From positions 19,235 through 83,234 of the forward strand of contig DASYTL010000026.1 in the NCBI GenBank assembly GCA_036002305.1: DNA of 64,000 nucleotides. Reading direction: 5' to 3'. A program made the translations under genes and the position numbers. Below, piece after piece: positions 26,230-35,611 of this stretch (within the stretch, counting starts at the first letter, position 1; the number at the start of each line of letters is the position of its first letter). The DNA is from Candidatus Limnocylindria bacterium (GTDB lineage Bacteria; Chloroflexota; Limnocylindria; P2-11E). Below the pieces are notes generated by a model. The model saw only the letters and a program-made list of their open reading frames with translations. It made no database searches and had not been told where the DNA came from.

Positions 26230-27246
26230 CTACGGGTTCGCTTTCATCCCCGTCTCTTGGATCACCTTCTTCAGCTCGACGTCCTGCGTCTTGAGCTTCT
26301 CGATGTACTTGTCGCGTGGCAGGAACTCGACGATGCTGCCCTGCTCGTCCTCGATCTTCTTCTTCAGCTCAGGGTTCGCCATCACCTTCTGCAACGCGGT
26401 CTCGAGCTTCTTCAGGATCTCGACGGGCGTGCCCTTTGGCGCCGCCCACCCGCGGCTGGTCGCGAAGATCGCGTCGACACCCTGCTCCTTCATCGTCTTC
26501 ACGTCCGGGAGCCGCGGATCGCGGGCCGTCCAGGCATAGCCGAGGAGCTTCAGCTTGCCCGCCTTGACCTGAGCCTGCGCCGTCGAGAGCGGCGTCTCGC
26601 CGAGATGGATCTGCTTGCCGAGGAGCGCGGTGACGCGCTGCGCCGTCCCGTCGTAGCCCACCGGACGGAACTGCGTGCCCGTCCTGCTCATGAAGAGGAA
26701 TGCCCACATCTGAGCGGTCGAGCCGAACGTCACGCCCCAGGTGATCTCGTTCGGTCGCTTCTTCGCGTCGTCGATGAGCGACTTGAGGTCGTTCCACGGA
26801 TTGCTCGCCTCGGTCGCGAGGAAGCCCGCCGACGTCACGAGCAACGCGATCGGCTCCAGGTCGAGCGGCCCGTAGTCAACGATGCCGGTGTGCTGGTTGA
26901 TGATCGTGTGTTCGTGGATCGAGACGAGCGTGTATCCGTCGGGCTTCGCGTTCTTGGCCTGCCGCGTTCCGGTCGTGCCGCTCCCGCCCGCCACGTTCTG
27001 CACGACGACGGGCTGACCGAGCTCCTTGCCGAGGAACTCCGCCACGACCCGCATCGGCACGTCGGTGTCGCCGCCCGCGGCGAATGGGACGATGAGCGTG
27101 ATCGGCTGTGTGGGCCAGTTGAGTGTTGGCGCCGGCGTCGTCGTGGCAGCCGTACCGCCGCCGCCTCCTCCGCCGCACGCCGCGGCGACCACGCTCAGAG
27201 CGATCGGCAATGAGAGCGCGCGACTCAGCAATGTCCTTCGACGCAT
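26230..27246 (-). CDS. tctC: tripartite tricarboxylate transporter substrate-binding protein (Bug family) lipoprotein
   Basis: WPTQPITLIVPFAAGGDTDVPMRVVAEFLGKELGQPVVVQNVAGGSGTTG...KPDGYTL. Confidence 0.85.
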   Translation of the reverse strand: MRRRTLLSRALSLPIALSVVAAACGGGGGGGTAATTTPAPTLNWPTQPITLIVPFAAGGDTDVPMRVVAEFLGKELGQPVVVQNVAGGSGTTGTRQAKNAKPDGYTLVSIHEHTIINQHTGIVDYGPLDLEPIALLVTSAGFLATEASNPWNDLKSLIDDAKKRPNEITWGVTFGSTAQMWAFLFMSRTGTQFRPVGYDGTAQRVTALLGKQIHLGETPLSTAQAQVKAGKLKLLGYAWTARDPRLPDVKTMKEQGVDAIFATSRGWAAPKGTPVEILKKLETALQKVMANPELKKKIEDEQGSIVEFLPRDKYIEKLKTQDVELKKVIQETGMKANP

Positions 27247-27303
27247 GGGCCCGCCTCCCCGCTGCGATTTCGGCCACAGGCTAGACCGGGATCGGCCGGA
27301 CGG

Positions 27304-27741
27304 CTAGGTGGTCGCGCGCGGGCGCCCCAGGCGGAGCGACCGGCGCCGCTCCGCAGCCGCCATTCGCCTGCGCTCGTCGTCGGTCTCCGCGAGAAGCGGC
27401 GGAAGGGGGACCGGCTTGCCACGTTCGTCGGTCGCGACGAACACGAGGTAGGCCGAGGCCACATGGACGACGCTCCCGGTGAGCATGTCCTCGGCCTCGA
27501 CGCGCACCCCGACCTCCATGCTCGTCCGACCGACGTGGTTCACCGACGCTTTCGCGGTCACCAGGTGCCCGACGTAGACGGGCGCGAGGAATGAGAGCTC
27601 GTCGATGCGGGCGGTCACCACGCGCGCCCGGGCATGCCGTGTCGCCGCCGCGCCTGCCGCCCCGTCGATGAGCTTCATCACCTCGCCGCCGTGGACGTTG
27701 CCGTAGGGGTTCGCGTCGGAGGGAAGCATCGTCCGCGACAT
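27304..27741 (-). CDS. acyl-CoA thioesterase (hotdog fold, YciA/BFIT-like)
   Basis: Inner ATG 27741. MLPSDANPYGNVHGGEVMKLIDGAAGAAATRHA...VVTARIDELSFLAPVYVGHLVTAKASVNHVGRTSMEVGVRVEAED. Confidence 0.8.
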   Translation of the reverse strand: MSRTMLPSDANPYGNVHGGEVMKLIDGAAGAAATRHARARVVTARIDELSFLAPVYVGHLVTAKASVNHVGRTSMEVGVRVEAEDMLTGSVVHVASAYLVFVATDERGKPVPLPPLLAETDDERRRMAAAERRRSLRLGRPRATT

Positions 27742-27820
27742 GACGGTCTTTGACGCGGAGACGGGCTTCGCCGGCGCGGTCACGACGCGATTCTGGCAGC
27801 CGCGTCCTAGCATCGCGGGC

Positions 27821-28330
27821 GTGGCCGTTCTCTCTCGCGAGGAGCTTCGCGCGATGCTGGCCGGCACGCCGCCGCTCATCGAGGACGTCGACACTCAGCT
27901 CCAGCTGCAGCCCAACGGCGTAGACCTTCGCGTCGAGCGCGTGCAGCGCCTCACCTCGCCCGGGCTGCTCGGCGCGGCCGACAGCGTGCGCGAGCCCGCC
28001 GCGCGCGAGGACGTTCCGACCGACAAGGACGGCTGGTGGGACCTCCATCGCGGCGCGTACGTGATCACGTATCGCGAAAGGGTGAATCTGCCCACCGACC
28101 TCGTGGGGCTCTCGAGACCGCGTTCGAGCCTGCTGCGTTCCGGTGTCGCGATCCACGGCGCGGTGTGGGACGCCGGGTACTCGGGTCGCGGCGAGGGCCT
28201 GCTGTCGGTGCTCAACTCGCGCGGCTATCGGCTTCAGCGCGGCGCGCGTGTCGCGCAGCTCATCTTCTTCAGGCTCTCGTCGGCGACCGGCGAGGGCTAC
28301 CGCGGCAGGTACCACGGCGAGAATGCCTGA
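27821..28330 (+). CDS. dUTPase / dCTP-deaminase-superfamily protein
   Basis: GTG 27821 gives VAVLSREELRAML... QPNGVDLRVERV...LSRPRSSLLRSGVAIHGAVWDAGYSGRGEGLLSV...GARVAQLIFFRL. Confidence 0.7.
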   Translation: MAVLSREELRAMLAGTPPLIEDVDTQLQLQPNGVDLRVERVQRLTSPGLLGAADSVREPAAREDVPTDKDGWWDLHRGAYVITYRERVNLPTDLVGLSRPRSSLLRSGVAIHGAVWDAGYSGRGEGLLSVLNSRGYRLQRGARVAQLIFFRLSSATGEGYRGRYHGENA

Positions 28331-28544
28331 GCGGGCGACGATACGGACGGAAGCGAACGGACCCTACGTCGTCACGGGCCCGATCACGATCCTCGACGCG
28401 GACGGCCGCGAGCACGCGGTCCCGGAGGGCCACACGGTCAAGCTGTGCCGCTGCGGCCACTCGGCGAAGAAGCCGTTCTGCGACTCGACGCATCGGCGGG
28501 TCGACTTCGTGTCACGCCCGGAGTTCCTGCCAGAGCCGCGATGA
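28323..28544 (+). CDS. CDGSH-type iron-sulfur domain protein (variant CDSTH)
   Basis: ANGPYVVTGPITILDADG...LCRCGHSAKKPFCDSTH. The ATG overlaps the dUTPase-like stop by 8 nt. Confidence 0.8.
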   Translation: MPERATIRTEANGPYVVTGPITILDADGREHAVPEGHTVKLCRCGHSAKKPFCDSTHRRVDFVSRPEFLPEPR

Positions 28545-29559
28545 CGAGGACGCCGACCAGACCGACGAACGCGGCGTCGGCGAGCGGCGCGCGTCCGCTC
28601 GGAAGCTCCAGGGCGACAAAGGACAGGAGCGCCGCGTAGCGCCACGCCGTCGGCAGCGCGGCCGCCGCGGTCCAGAGCGCCGGCGCCGCCAAGACGAGGT
28701 ACGGGTACCACACGAGCGGCGACACGAGTGGGGCGGCGGCGAGAGCGAGATGGTGCGCGCCCGCGCCTCGGCGCTCTTGCGTGCCGGCCCAGACCGCGAT
28801 CGCGACGGCCGCGAGCGGCAACGCGAAACGGAGCGGCGTGTCCGCGATCGCCGCGGGGATGACGTTGATCGCGAACTCCGACGACTCGCGCGTGACCGAC
28901 GCGAAGAGACGCAGGTACTCGGCCCAGCGGGTCGCCAGGAACGGCATCGAGACCGCGATCGCCGCCGCACCGGTCGCGAGCGACCACCCGACAAGGCGCC
29001 AGCGCCGCGCTCCCACGTAGAACAGAAGCAGAACGACCGGCAGGAGCTTGATCCCGATCGCCGCCGCGAGGACGGCGCCGGCCACGCGCGGGCGTTCGCG
29101 CAGCCTCCAGGCGGCCAGCGCGAGGACGACGGTGAGGAGGTTGAGGTTGCCGAGCGTCAGCTCGGCGAGCAGCGGGAAGAAGAGCGCGTACGCGGCGCCG
29201 GCCCACGGACGGAGCTCCGCTCGGAACGGACGCACGAGCGCGATGCCGAGTCCCGTCGCGAGAGCGACGAGCAGCCCGGTCCAGATCCATGCGGCGACCG
29301 TGAACGGCAGCAGCGCCAAGGGCACGAACGCGACCGCGACGAGCGGCTCGTAGAGGAACTCTCCGAAGCCGAGGAACACGCCGCCCGCGGCTCCCGCGGC
29401 CGGATAGAGCGGCGCGCCGTCGATGAGGTGGCGCGCCGCGAGCCAGTACGCGGCGAAGTCGTACCCGAGCGGCCGGCTGGCGAGGATCCCCGCTGACGCG
29501 AAGAGCGAAAGGCCCAAAAGGATGAAGCCGGCGCGCCGGATCGCCGCTATGCGGCTCAT
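28438..29559 (-). CDS. DUF2029 / GT87-like polyprenol-phosphate-dependent membrane glycosyltransferase
   Basis: Inner ATG 29559. PLGYDFAAYWLAARHLIDGAPLY...NLNLLTVVLALAAW...IGIKLLPVVLLL. Multi-TM. Its 3' end overlaps the CDGSH gene by 107 nt. Confidence 0.7.
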   Translation of the reverse strand: MSRIAAIRRAGFILLGLSLFASAGILASRPLGYDFAAYWLAARHLIDGAPLYPAAGAAGGVFLGFGEFLYEPLVAVAFVPLALLPFTVAAWIWTGLLVALATGLGIALVRPFRAELRPWAGAAYALFFPLLAELTLGNLNLLTVVLALAAWRLRERPRVAGAVLAAAIGIKLLPVVLLLFYVGARRWRLVGWSLATGAAAIAVSMPFLATRWAEYLRLFASVTRESSEFAINVIPAAIADTPLRFALPLAAVAIAVWAGTQERRGAGAHHLALAAAPLVSPLVWYPYLVLAAPALWTAAAALPTAWRYAALLSFVALELPSGRAPLADAAFVGLVGVLVIAALAGTPGVTRSRPADASSRRTASSPSGRSGTA

Positions 29560-30644
29560 CCGATCCAGTACCAGAGCGCGAACATCGCGGTGAAGAGCAC
29601 GGCGGTCGTGCTCGCCGCGACGACATAGGCCCGGCGCGCCCACGGTGAGCGCAGGGCCGCGAGCGCAACGAAAGCGGTGAAGACGGCGAGCGCATACCGC
29701 AGGAACGAGGTCAGCGTCCCCGTCGAGACCGAGGCCAGGAGGAACACGGTCCCGAAGGCGGCGAGGCTCGGACGAAGCAATCGCCACGAGAGCACGACGA
29801 GGATCGCGACGAGACCGCCGAACGCGACGATGAACCAGGGGTTGCCGTACGCCGACGGGTCGAAGAGATCGCCCACCGCCCCGGTGGGCAACCCCGCCCG
29901 CCGGCCATACGCGGCCTGCGCCGTGAAGAACGCGAAGCGGTCCCCGGTCATGAGCGCGAGCGCGGCCATCCAGCTCACGAATGCGACGACCGGAAGCGCG
30001 ACGGCGGCGACTCCCGCCACGTGCCGACGGCGCTGGGCGACGTACTCGACCGCGAGGGCCAAGGCGATGAGGAAGCCGAAGGGTCGCGCGAGCGCGCCGA
30101 GCATGCCCGCCAGCCCCGCCCAGCCCCATCGGCCGGTCCGCGCGAAGTAGAGCGCGGCGACCGCGCACGCGAGGAACAGCGATTCCGCGTAGACCGACGA
30201 CAGGATCACAGTCGTAGGGAAGACGAGCAGGAGCGCGACCGCCGACGCCGCGACGGCCGGGCCGTGGTCGAGCGCGACGAGCCGCGCGAGCAGCACGACC
30301 GCGACGAGCAGCGCGACGTTGGAGAGGACAACCCCTGCGGCGAGATACGCGTCGTCGCTGCCGCCCGCGAGCGCGCCGAGCGCGCGCATGAGCGCGGGGT
30401 ACAGCGGGAAGAACGCGAGGTCGGTTTGTGCGCCCTCGGCGTGGCCGTACCCGTCACGCGCGATCCCGAGATACCAGCCGCCGTCCCAGCGCGCCGCGAT
30501 GTCCAGGATCGGGACGGAGGAGAGGTGGCAGCTCTGGCCACACGGGGTCGCGATGGGAAAGAGCGAGATCGCAAGCAGCGCGACGACGATCACGAGCGCG
30601 CGGCTGAGCGCGAAGGAAAGGAGCGCGCTCGCGCTCGGCGACAC
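29556..30644 (-). CDS. PIG-V / mannosyltransferase-2-like GT-C membrane protein
   Basis: GTG 30644. ...ILDIAARWDGGWYLGIARDGYGH...LAFFPLYPALMRAL. Multi-TM. ATGA overlap with the downstream GT87-like gene. Confidence 0.65.
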   Translation of the reverse strand: MSPSASALLSFALSRALVIVVALLAISLFPIATPCGQSCHLSSVPILDIAARWDGGWYLGIARDGYGHAEGAQTDLAFFPLYPALMRALGALAGGSDDAYLAAGVVLSNVALLVAVVLLARLVALDHGPAVAASAVALLLVFPTTVILSSVYAESLFLACAVAALYFARTGRWGWAGLAGMLGALARPFGFLIALALAVEYVAQRRRHVAGVAAVALPVVAFVSWMAALALMTGDRFAFFTAQAAYGRRAGLPTGAVGDLFDPSAYGNPWFIVAFGGLVAILVVLSWRLLRPSLAAFGTVFLLASVSTGTLTSFLRYALAVFTAFVALAALRSPWARRAYVVAASTTAVLFTAMFALWYWIG

Positions 30645-30655
30645 CGGCCCGGATG

Positions 30656-32329
30656 CTAGACGCTCGGCAGGTCGATCCCCCGGTCGCGGCCGAACTCGAT
30701 CGCGTCCTGATAGCCCGCGTCCGCGTGGCGCATGACCCCGGTGCCCGGGTCGGTCGTCAGCACGCGCGCGAGCTTGGTGCGGCCGAGCGGCGTGCCGTCG
30801 GCCACGGCGACCATGCCGGCGTGCAGCGAATTCCCTATCCCCACACCGCCGCCGTGATGCACGGAGACCCAGGTCGCGCCGGCCGAGGCGTTGACCAGCG
30901 CGTTCAGGATCGGCCAGTCGGCGATCGCATCGCTTCCGTCGCGCATGCCCTCGGTCTCGCGGAACGGTGAGGCGACCGACCCCGAGTCGAGGTGATCGCG
31001 ACCGATCACGATCGGGGCGCGGAGCGTGCCCCGCGCGACGAGGTCGTCGATGCGCTCGCCGAACTCGGCGCGCTCGCCGTAGCCGAGCCAGCACACGCGG
31101 GCCGGGAGTCCCTGGAACGGCACGCGCTCGCCGGCGAGACGGATCCAGCGCGAGAGCGAGCGGTCTTCCGGGAAGAGCTCGAGGACGAGCCGGTCTGTCG
31201 CGCGGATGTCCTCGGGATCGCCGGAGAGCGCGACCCAGCGGAACGGCCCGCGTCCCTCGGCGAACAGCGGACGGATGTACTGGGGGACGAAGCCGGGATA
31301 GCTGAAGGCGTTCTCGTAGCCGGCCGCCTTCGCCTCGCCGCGGAGGTTGTTCCCGTAGTCGAAGGCGATCGCGCCGCGCCGTGCGAGCGTGACGATGGCC
31401 TCGCAGTGATAGACGATCGACCGGCGCGACCTCCGGACGTATTCGTCCGGGTCCTCGCGCCTCAGCCGCGCCGGATCGGGGATGCCGGCCGGCACGTAGC
31501 CGTCGAGCGGATCGTGCGCGCTCGTCTGATCGGTGACGACGTCCACCTCGACACCGCGGCGGACGAGCTCCGGCAGCGCCTCAGCCGCGTTCCCTATCAC
31601 TCCGACCGAGCGCGCGGCGCCGTCGCGCCGGTAACGCTCCACGCGTCCGAGCGCGTCGTCGAGCGAGGGCGCGATCTCGTCGAGGAAGCCCTGCGCCTTG
31701 CGGCGTTCGGCGCGAGCCGGATCGACCTCGATGATCAGCGCGGTGCCTTCGTTCATGGTGACGGCCATCGGCTGCGCGCCGCCCATGCCGCCGAGGCCCG
31801 CGGAGACGACGAGCCGGCCCGCGAGCGAACCGCCGAAATGGCGCTTCGCGACCGCGGCGAAGGTCTCGTAGGTGCCCTGCAGGATCCCCTGGGTCCCGAT
31901 GTAGATCCAGGACCCCGCGGTCATCTGGCCGTACATCGTGAGGCCGATCGCTTCGAGCCGGCGAAATTCATCCCACGTCGCCCAACGCGGGACGATGAGC
32001 GAGTTCGCGATCAGCACCCGCGGCGCCCATTCGTGCGTCCGGAACACGCCGACCGGCTTTCCCGATTGCACGAGCAGCGTCTCGTCGGCTTTGAGGCGGC
32101 GCAGGGTCGCGAGGATGCGATCGAACGCTTCCCACGATCGCGCGGCGCGACCGGTGCCGCCGTAGACGATGAGATCCTCGGGTCGCTCCGCGACGTCGGG
32201 GTCGAGGTTGTTCTGGATCATGCGGAACGCCGCTTCCTGCGGCCACGCGAGGCAGTGCAGCTCGGAGCCCCGCGGTGCTCGCACGACACGCGATGCGACC
32301 GTCATGCGGTCAATTGTGCGGTCACTCAC
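30656..32329 (-). CDS. hutU: urocanate hydratase
   Basis: [17 protein letters not shown]...[26 protein letters not shown]...[26 protein letters not shown]...[10 protein letters not shown]. Alternative start ATG 32302. Confidence 0.9.
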   Translation of the reverse strand: MSDRTIDRMTVASRVVRAPRGSELHCLAWPQEAAFRMIQNNLDPDVAERPEDLIVYGGTGRAARSWEAFDRILATLRRLKADETLLVQSGKPVGVFRTHEWAPRVLIANSLIVPRWATWDEFRRLEAIGLTMYGQMTAGSWIYIGTQGILQGTYETFAAVAKRHFGGSLAGRLVVSAGLGGMGGAQPMAVTMNEGTALIIEVDPARAERRKAQGFLDEIAPSLDDALGRVERYRRDGAARSVGVIGNAAEALPELVRRGVEVDVVTDQTSAHDPLDGYVPAGIPDPARLRREDPDEYVRRSRRSIVYHCEAIVTLARRGAIAFDYGNNLRGEAKAAGYENAFSYPGFVPQYIRPLFAEGRGPFRWVALSGDPEDIRATDRLVLELFPEDRSLSRWIRLAGERVPFQGLPARVCWLGYGERAEFGERIDDLVARGTLRAPIVIGRDHLDSGSVASPFRETEGMRDGSDAIADWPILNALVNASAGATWVSVHHGGGVGIGNSLHAGMVAVADGTPLGRTKLARVLTTDPGTGVMRHADAGYQDAIEFGRDRGIDLPSV

Positions 32330-32355
32330 AACCGGGGTGTAGCCTCGCCGGGCGC

Positions 32356-33123
32356 ATGGATCCGCTCACGCTGGCGATCGCGGCGGCGCCGTCATTCATC
32401 GCGAGCGCCGTCGAGTTCGTCGAGGCGACGACCATCGTCCTCGCCGTCGGGGTGACGCGCGGGTGGCGCGCGCCGCTCGTCGGGACGTTGGCGGCCACGG
32501 CGACGCTCGCGGTGATCGTCGCGACGCTCGGCGTCGCGCTCGTGACGATCGTCCCCGAGCACCTCTTGAAGGGCGTGGTCGGCGCGCTCCTGTTGCTGTT
32601 TGGCCTGAGATGGCTGCGCAAGGCGGTGCTCCGCTTCGGGGGGATCGTGGCACTCCACGACGAGGAGCTCGTCTACCAGCGCGAGCTCGCGGAGCTTCGC
32701 GCCCAGAGCCTCACGAAATCCGAGTTCGACTGGGTCGGGATGCTCGTCGCGTACAAGGCGGTGCTCCTCGAGGGCACCGAGGTCGCCTTCATTGTCATCG
32801 CCTTCGGCGCGGCGGGTGGCGCTGCGCTCACCTCCGCTGTCATTGGAGCGCTCGCGGCCGGCGTCATCGTGATCGCTCTCGGCGCGCTGCTTCGAGCGCC
32901 GCTGACGATGGTCCCGGAGAACTGGATGAAGTTCGTGGTCGGCGCGATGCTCTCGAGCTTCGGGGTGTTCTGGTTCGCGGAGGCGCTCGGCAGCGAGTGG
33001 CCTGGGGACGCGCTCTCGATCCCGCTGATCCTAGCCGCGTTCCTCGCGGCGAGCTGGCTCGCGGTCCGCATGCTCCGCGCGATCCTGCCGGAAGGCGCCC
33101 AGGTGCAGGCGCGCAATGTTTAG
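32356..33123 (+). CDS. integral membrane protein (COG4280 / GDT1-UPF0016-like topology)
   Basis: Inner ATG 32356. Two hydrophobic halves, each with an E-containing motif ([12 protein letters not shown] and [15 protein letters not shown]). The family call is tentative. Confidence 0.55.
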   Translation: MDPLTLAIAAAPSFIASAVEFVEATTIVLAVGVTRGWRAPLVGTLAATATLAVIVATLGVALVTIVPEHLLKGVVGALLLLFGLRWLRKAVLRFGGIVALHDEELVYQRELAELRAQSLTKSEFDWVGMLVAYKAVLLEGTEVAFIVIAFGAAGGAALTSAVIGALAAGVIVIALGALLRAPLTMVPENWMKFVVGAMLSSFGVFWFAEALGSEWPGDALSIPLILAAFLAASWLAVRMLRAILPEGAQVQARNV

Positions 33124-33349
33124 GACGGTCGGCGCGGTCCTCTACGGGCTGCTCGTCGACGACGGCCAGCTCGCGATCGGCGCGCTCGCCGCGCTGGCGA
33201 TCACCGGGGTGATCGCGTACGCCGGCGGCGGGGCCGCTCACGCCGTGCTGGGTTGGGCGCTCCTCGCGATGGTGCTCGCGCTGGTGGTCGCGAACCTTTA
33301 CCGCGCGGGCGTGGGGACGCGACGGCGGGTAAGCTCCGCCCGGCGGTAA
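33116..33349 (+). CDS. small membrane protein (77 aa)
   Basis: High GC3; 2 TM (VLYGLLVDDGQLAIGALAALAITGVIAY, VLGWALLAMVLALVVANL). 8-nt overlap with the upstream gene. Confidence 0.5.
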   Translation: MFRTVGAVLYGLLVDDGQLAIGALAALAITGVIAYAGGGAAHAVLGWALLAMVLALVVANLYRAGVGTRRRVSSARR

Positions 33350-33885
33350 CACCCGCGCTCGTGGTCGTTCCGCATGCCGACGGCCTGCATGAACGACTCG
33401 ACGATCGTCGGCCCGACGAACCGGAACCCCCGCCTCTTGAGATCCTTCGAGAGCTCGTCCTTGTCGTCGAAGCGCCAGACGTAGCGATCGAACGTCCGGA
33501 ACTCGTCACGGACGGCGAGGAACGCGCGTGCATTCGAGATCGCGGCCTCGATCTTCGCGCGATTGCGCACGATGCCCGCGTTACGCATGAGCCGCGCGAC
33601 GTCGCGCGGCGTGAAGCGCGCGACCTTGACCGGATCGAATCGGGCGAACGCGCGCCGAAACGCCTCGCGCTTACGCAGGATGGTCTCCCACGAGAGCCCG
33701 GCTTGCATGCCCTCCAAGACGAGGAACTCAAATAGGAGTCGGTCGTCGTGCCGTGGCACGCCCCACTCGAGGTCGTGATAGCTAAGGAGGGGCTCCCGGG
33801 ACGCCCACGAGCATCGCCGGCGACGCAGCGCCGAGGGCCCCCGCGGGACGGGGAGCCGGCCGCCAGGCCGGGGGGACCCCGTCAC
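33298..33885 (-). CDS. tag: DNA-3-methyladenine glycosylase I
   Basis: GTG 33885. RCSWASREPLLLSYHDLEWGVPRHDDRLLFEFLVLEGMQAGLSWETILRKREAFRRAF...GIVRNRAKIEAAISNARAF...GFRFVGPTIVESFMQAVGMRNDH. Confidence 0.8.
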   Translation of the reverse strand: MTGSPRPGGRLPVPRGPSALRRRRCSWASREPLLSYHDLEWGVPRHDDRLLFEFLVLEGMQAGLSWETILRKREAFRRAFARFDPVKVARFTPRDVARLMRNAGIVRNRAKIEAAISNARAFLAVRDEFRTFDRYVWRFDDKDELSKDLKRRGFRFVGPTIVESFMQAVGMRNDHERGCYRRAELTRRRVPTPAR

Positions 33886-33928
33886 GTAGAGAGGGTTTCG
33901 GCGCTGCGTCGCCTTAAGTGCTCCGCGA

Positions 33929-34669
33929 CTATGCGCCGCCCCACTTCTGCAGGAGCTCAGGTAGCTCCGCGAGCTTGGTGATCTCGGCCGTCGGCACGGC
34001 GATCGACGAGGGGAAGCCTGATTCGTTGCGCCGCCAGATCGCGCGCATGCCGACCTCGAGGGCACCCGAGACGTCGTCGACCATGCGATCGCCGATCATC
34101 ACGCACTCGTCCGGCATCACGTCGAGCCTGCGTGCGACCTCCTCGAACACGGTGCGGTGCGGCTTCGAGTGCGGGAGGTCGGACGTGTACACGATCGTGT
34201 CGATGAGCTTGGCCAGCCCGTGCATGACCAGATCGGCGTTGTGCCAGTCGGCCGCCCACCATGTGTTCGAGAGCAGCCCGAGCCGGTAGCGGCGGTCGCG
34301 CAGCAGTGTGAGCGTCGGGATGGCGTCGGGATCGATCGTCGACCACCCCGCAATGGCCTTCGCGTAGCCGTCCATCGCCCCGAGGAGCTCGGCGCCGCTC
34401 ACCGGGACACCGAGGCGATCGAAGCCCTCGCGCACGAGGCCCGTCGGTGGACCGCTCCAGTGCTCGGTGTCCACGCGCCGCCAGTGCTCGCGCTCGGCGT
34501 CGCGCATCGCGATGACGTACGCGTCGCGTGAAGGCCAGCGGCGGTCGGCGAACTGCGTCACGAGATGGTCGTAGGAGGCGGCCCACTTCTGGTCGGCGCT
34601 GGTCTCCCAGTCGGACCAGTGCACGAGCGTGCCGCCGAGATCGAAGATGACCGCGCGCGGGGTCGCCAC
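33929..34669 (-). CDS. HAD-superfamily hydrolase (subfamily IA-like)
   Basis: RAVIFDLGGTLVHW...LGLLSNTW...HSKPHRTVFEEVARRLDV...CVMIGDRMVDDVSGALEVGMRAIW. Start GTG 34669, or ATG 34741. Confidence 0.75.
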   Translation of the reverse strand: MATPRAVIFDLGGTLVHWSDWETSADQKWAASYDHLVTQFADRRWPSRDAYVIAMRDAEREHWRRVDTEHWSGPPTGLVREGFDRLGVPVSGAELLGAMDGYAKAIAGWSTIDPDAIPTLTLLRDRRYRLGLLSNTWWAADWHNADLVMHGLAKLIDTIVYTSDLPHSKPHRTVFEEVARRLDVMPDECVMIGDRMVDDVSGALEVGMRAIWRRNESGFPSSIAVPTAEITKLAELPELLQKWGGA

Positions 34670-34750
34670 CTGCTGGGAACGATACGGAACGGCAGCCTGG
34701 GCGGGGGAGCGAGCGATGCCGGCAAGCCGAAAGAGGCGCATCCTTCCGGC

Positions 34751-35611
34751 GTGTTCGATCTCTCCTGGCTTTTCTGGCTGTTCATCCTCGCGCAGTTCTT
34801 CGTCCCGCTGTACCAGAAGCGGCTGCTCGAGGTCCGGCGCAACAGAGCGTTTCACACGTTCGAGCAGCGCCGAAAGACGCGGCTGATCACGATGATCCAT
34901 AGACAGGAGACGATGAGCTTCCTCGGATTCCCGATCGCGCGCTACATCGACATCGAGGACTCCGAACAGGCTCTGCGCGCGATCCGGCTCACCCCACCGG
35001 ACATGCCCATCGACTTCCTGGTGCACACCCCGGGGGGCTTGGTGCTCGCCGCCGAGCAGATCGCGTTCGCGCTCAAGCGTCACAAGGGAAAGGTGTGCGT
35101 GTTCGTGCCGCACTACGCCATGTCCGGCGGCGCGCTCATCGCGCTCGCCGCGGACGAGATCGTCATGGACCCCAACGCCGTGCTCGGTCCCGTCGATCCG
35201 CAGCTCGGGACGCAGCAAGCAGCGTTTCCCGCGGCGTCGGTCCTGCGCGCGCTCTCTCAGCCGAACCCGAACCGCGACGACCAGACGCTCATCCTCGGCG
35301 ATCTGGCCGAGAAGGCGCTTCGCCAGGTCAAGGCGACCGTGAAGAAGCTGCTTCTCGAGCACCACTCCGAGGCGGACGCCGAGCGGATCGCGACGAAGCT
35401 CGCCTCTGGCGAGTGGACGCACGACTACGCGCTTGACGTCGACGAGCTGAACGAGCTCGGCGTTGCCGTCAGCCAGGACATGCCGCGCGAGGTCTACGAC
35501 CTCATGGATCTCTTTCCGCAGGCGACGCAGCGGCGACCGGGCGTCGAGTTCATCCCGATCCCGTATCCGCCAGCGACGCCGGCGGTCCCCCGAAAGACCG
35601 AGAACCCCTAG
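34751..35611 (+). CDS. SDH-family (PF01972) ClpP-fold serine proteinase, membrane anchored
   Basis: GTG 34751. ...RLITMIHRQETMSFLGFPIARYIDIEDSEQALRAIRLTPPDMPIDFLVHTPGGLVLAAEQIAFALKRHKGKVCVFVPHYAMSGGALIALAADEIVMDPNAVLGPVDPQLG. Confidence 0.8.
   Translation: MFDLSWLFWLFILAQFFVPLYQKRLLEVRRNRAFHTFEQRRKTRLITMIHRQETMSFLGFPIARYIDIEDSEQALRAIRLTPPDMPIDFLVHTPGGLVLAAEQIAFALKRHKGKVCVFVPHYAMSGGALIALAADEIVMDPNAVLGPVDPQLGTQQAAFPAASVLRALSQPNPNRDDQTLILGDLAEKALRQVKATVKKLLLEHHSEADAERIATKLASGEWTHDYALDVDELNELGVAVSQDMPREVYDLMDLFPQATQRRPGVEFIPIPYPPATPAVPRKTENP

Noticed and set aside
27739-27742. Divergent thioesterase and dUTPase-like genes sharing a CATG, with both ATGs overlapping.
   Set aside because: The first 27 codons from ATG 27740 have no similarity to the family, whereas GTG 27821 gives the family-typical N-terminus (VAVLSREELRAML). 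The overlap is probably an ORF-extension artefact.
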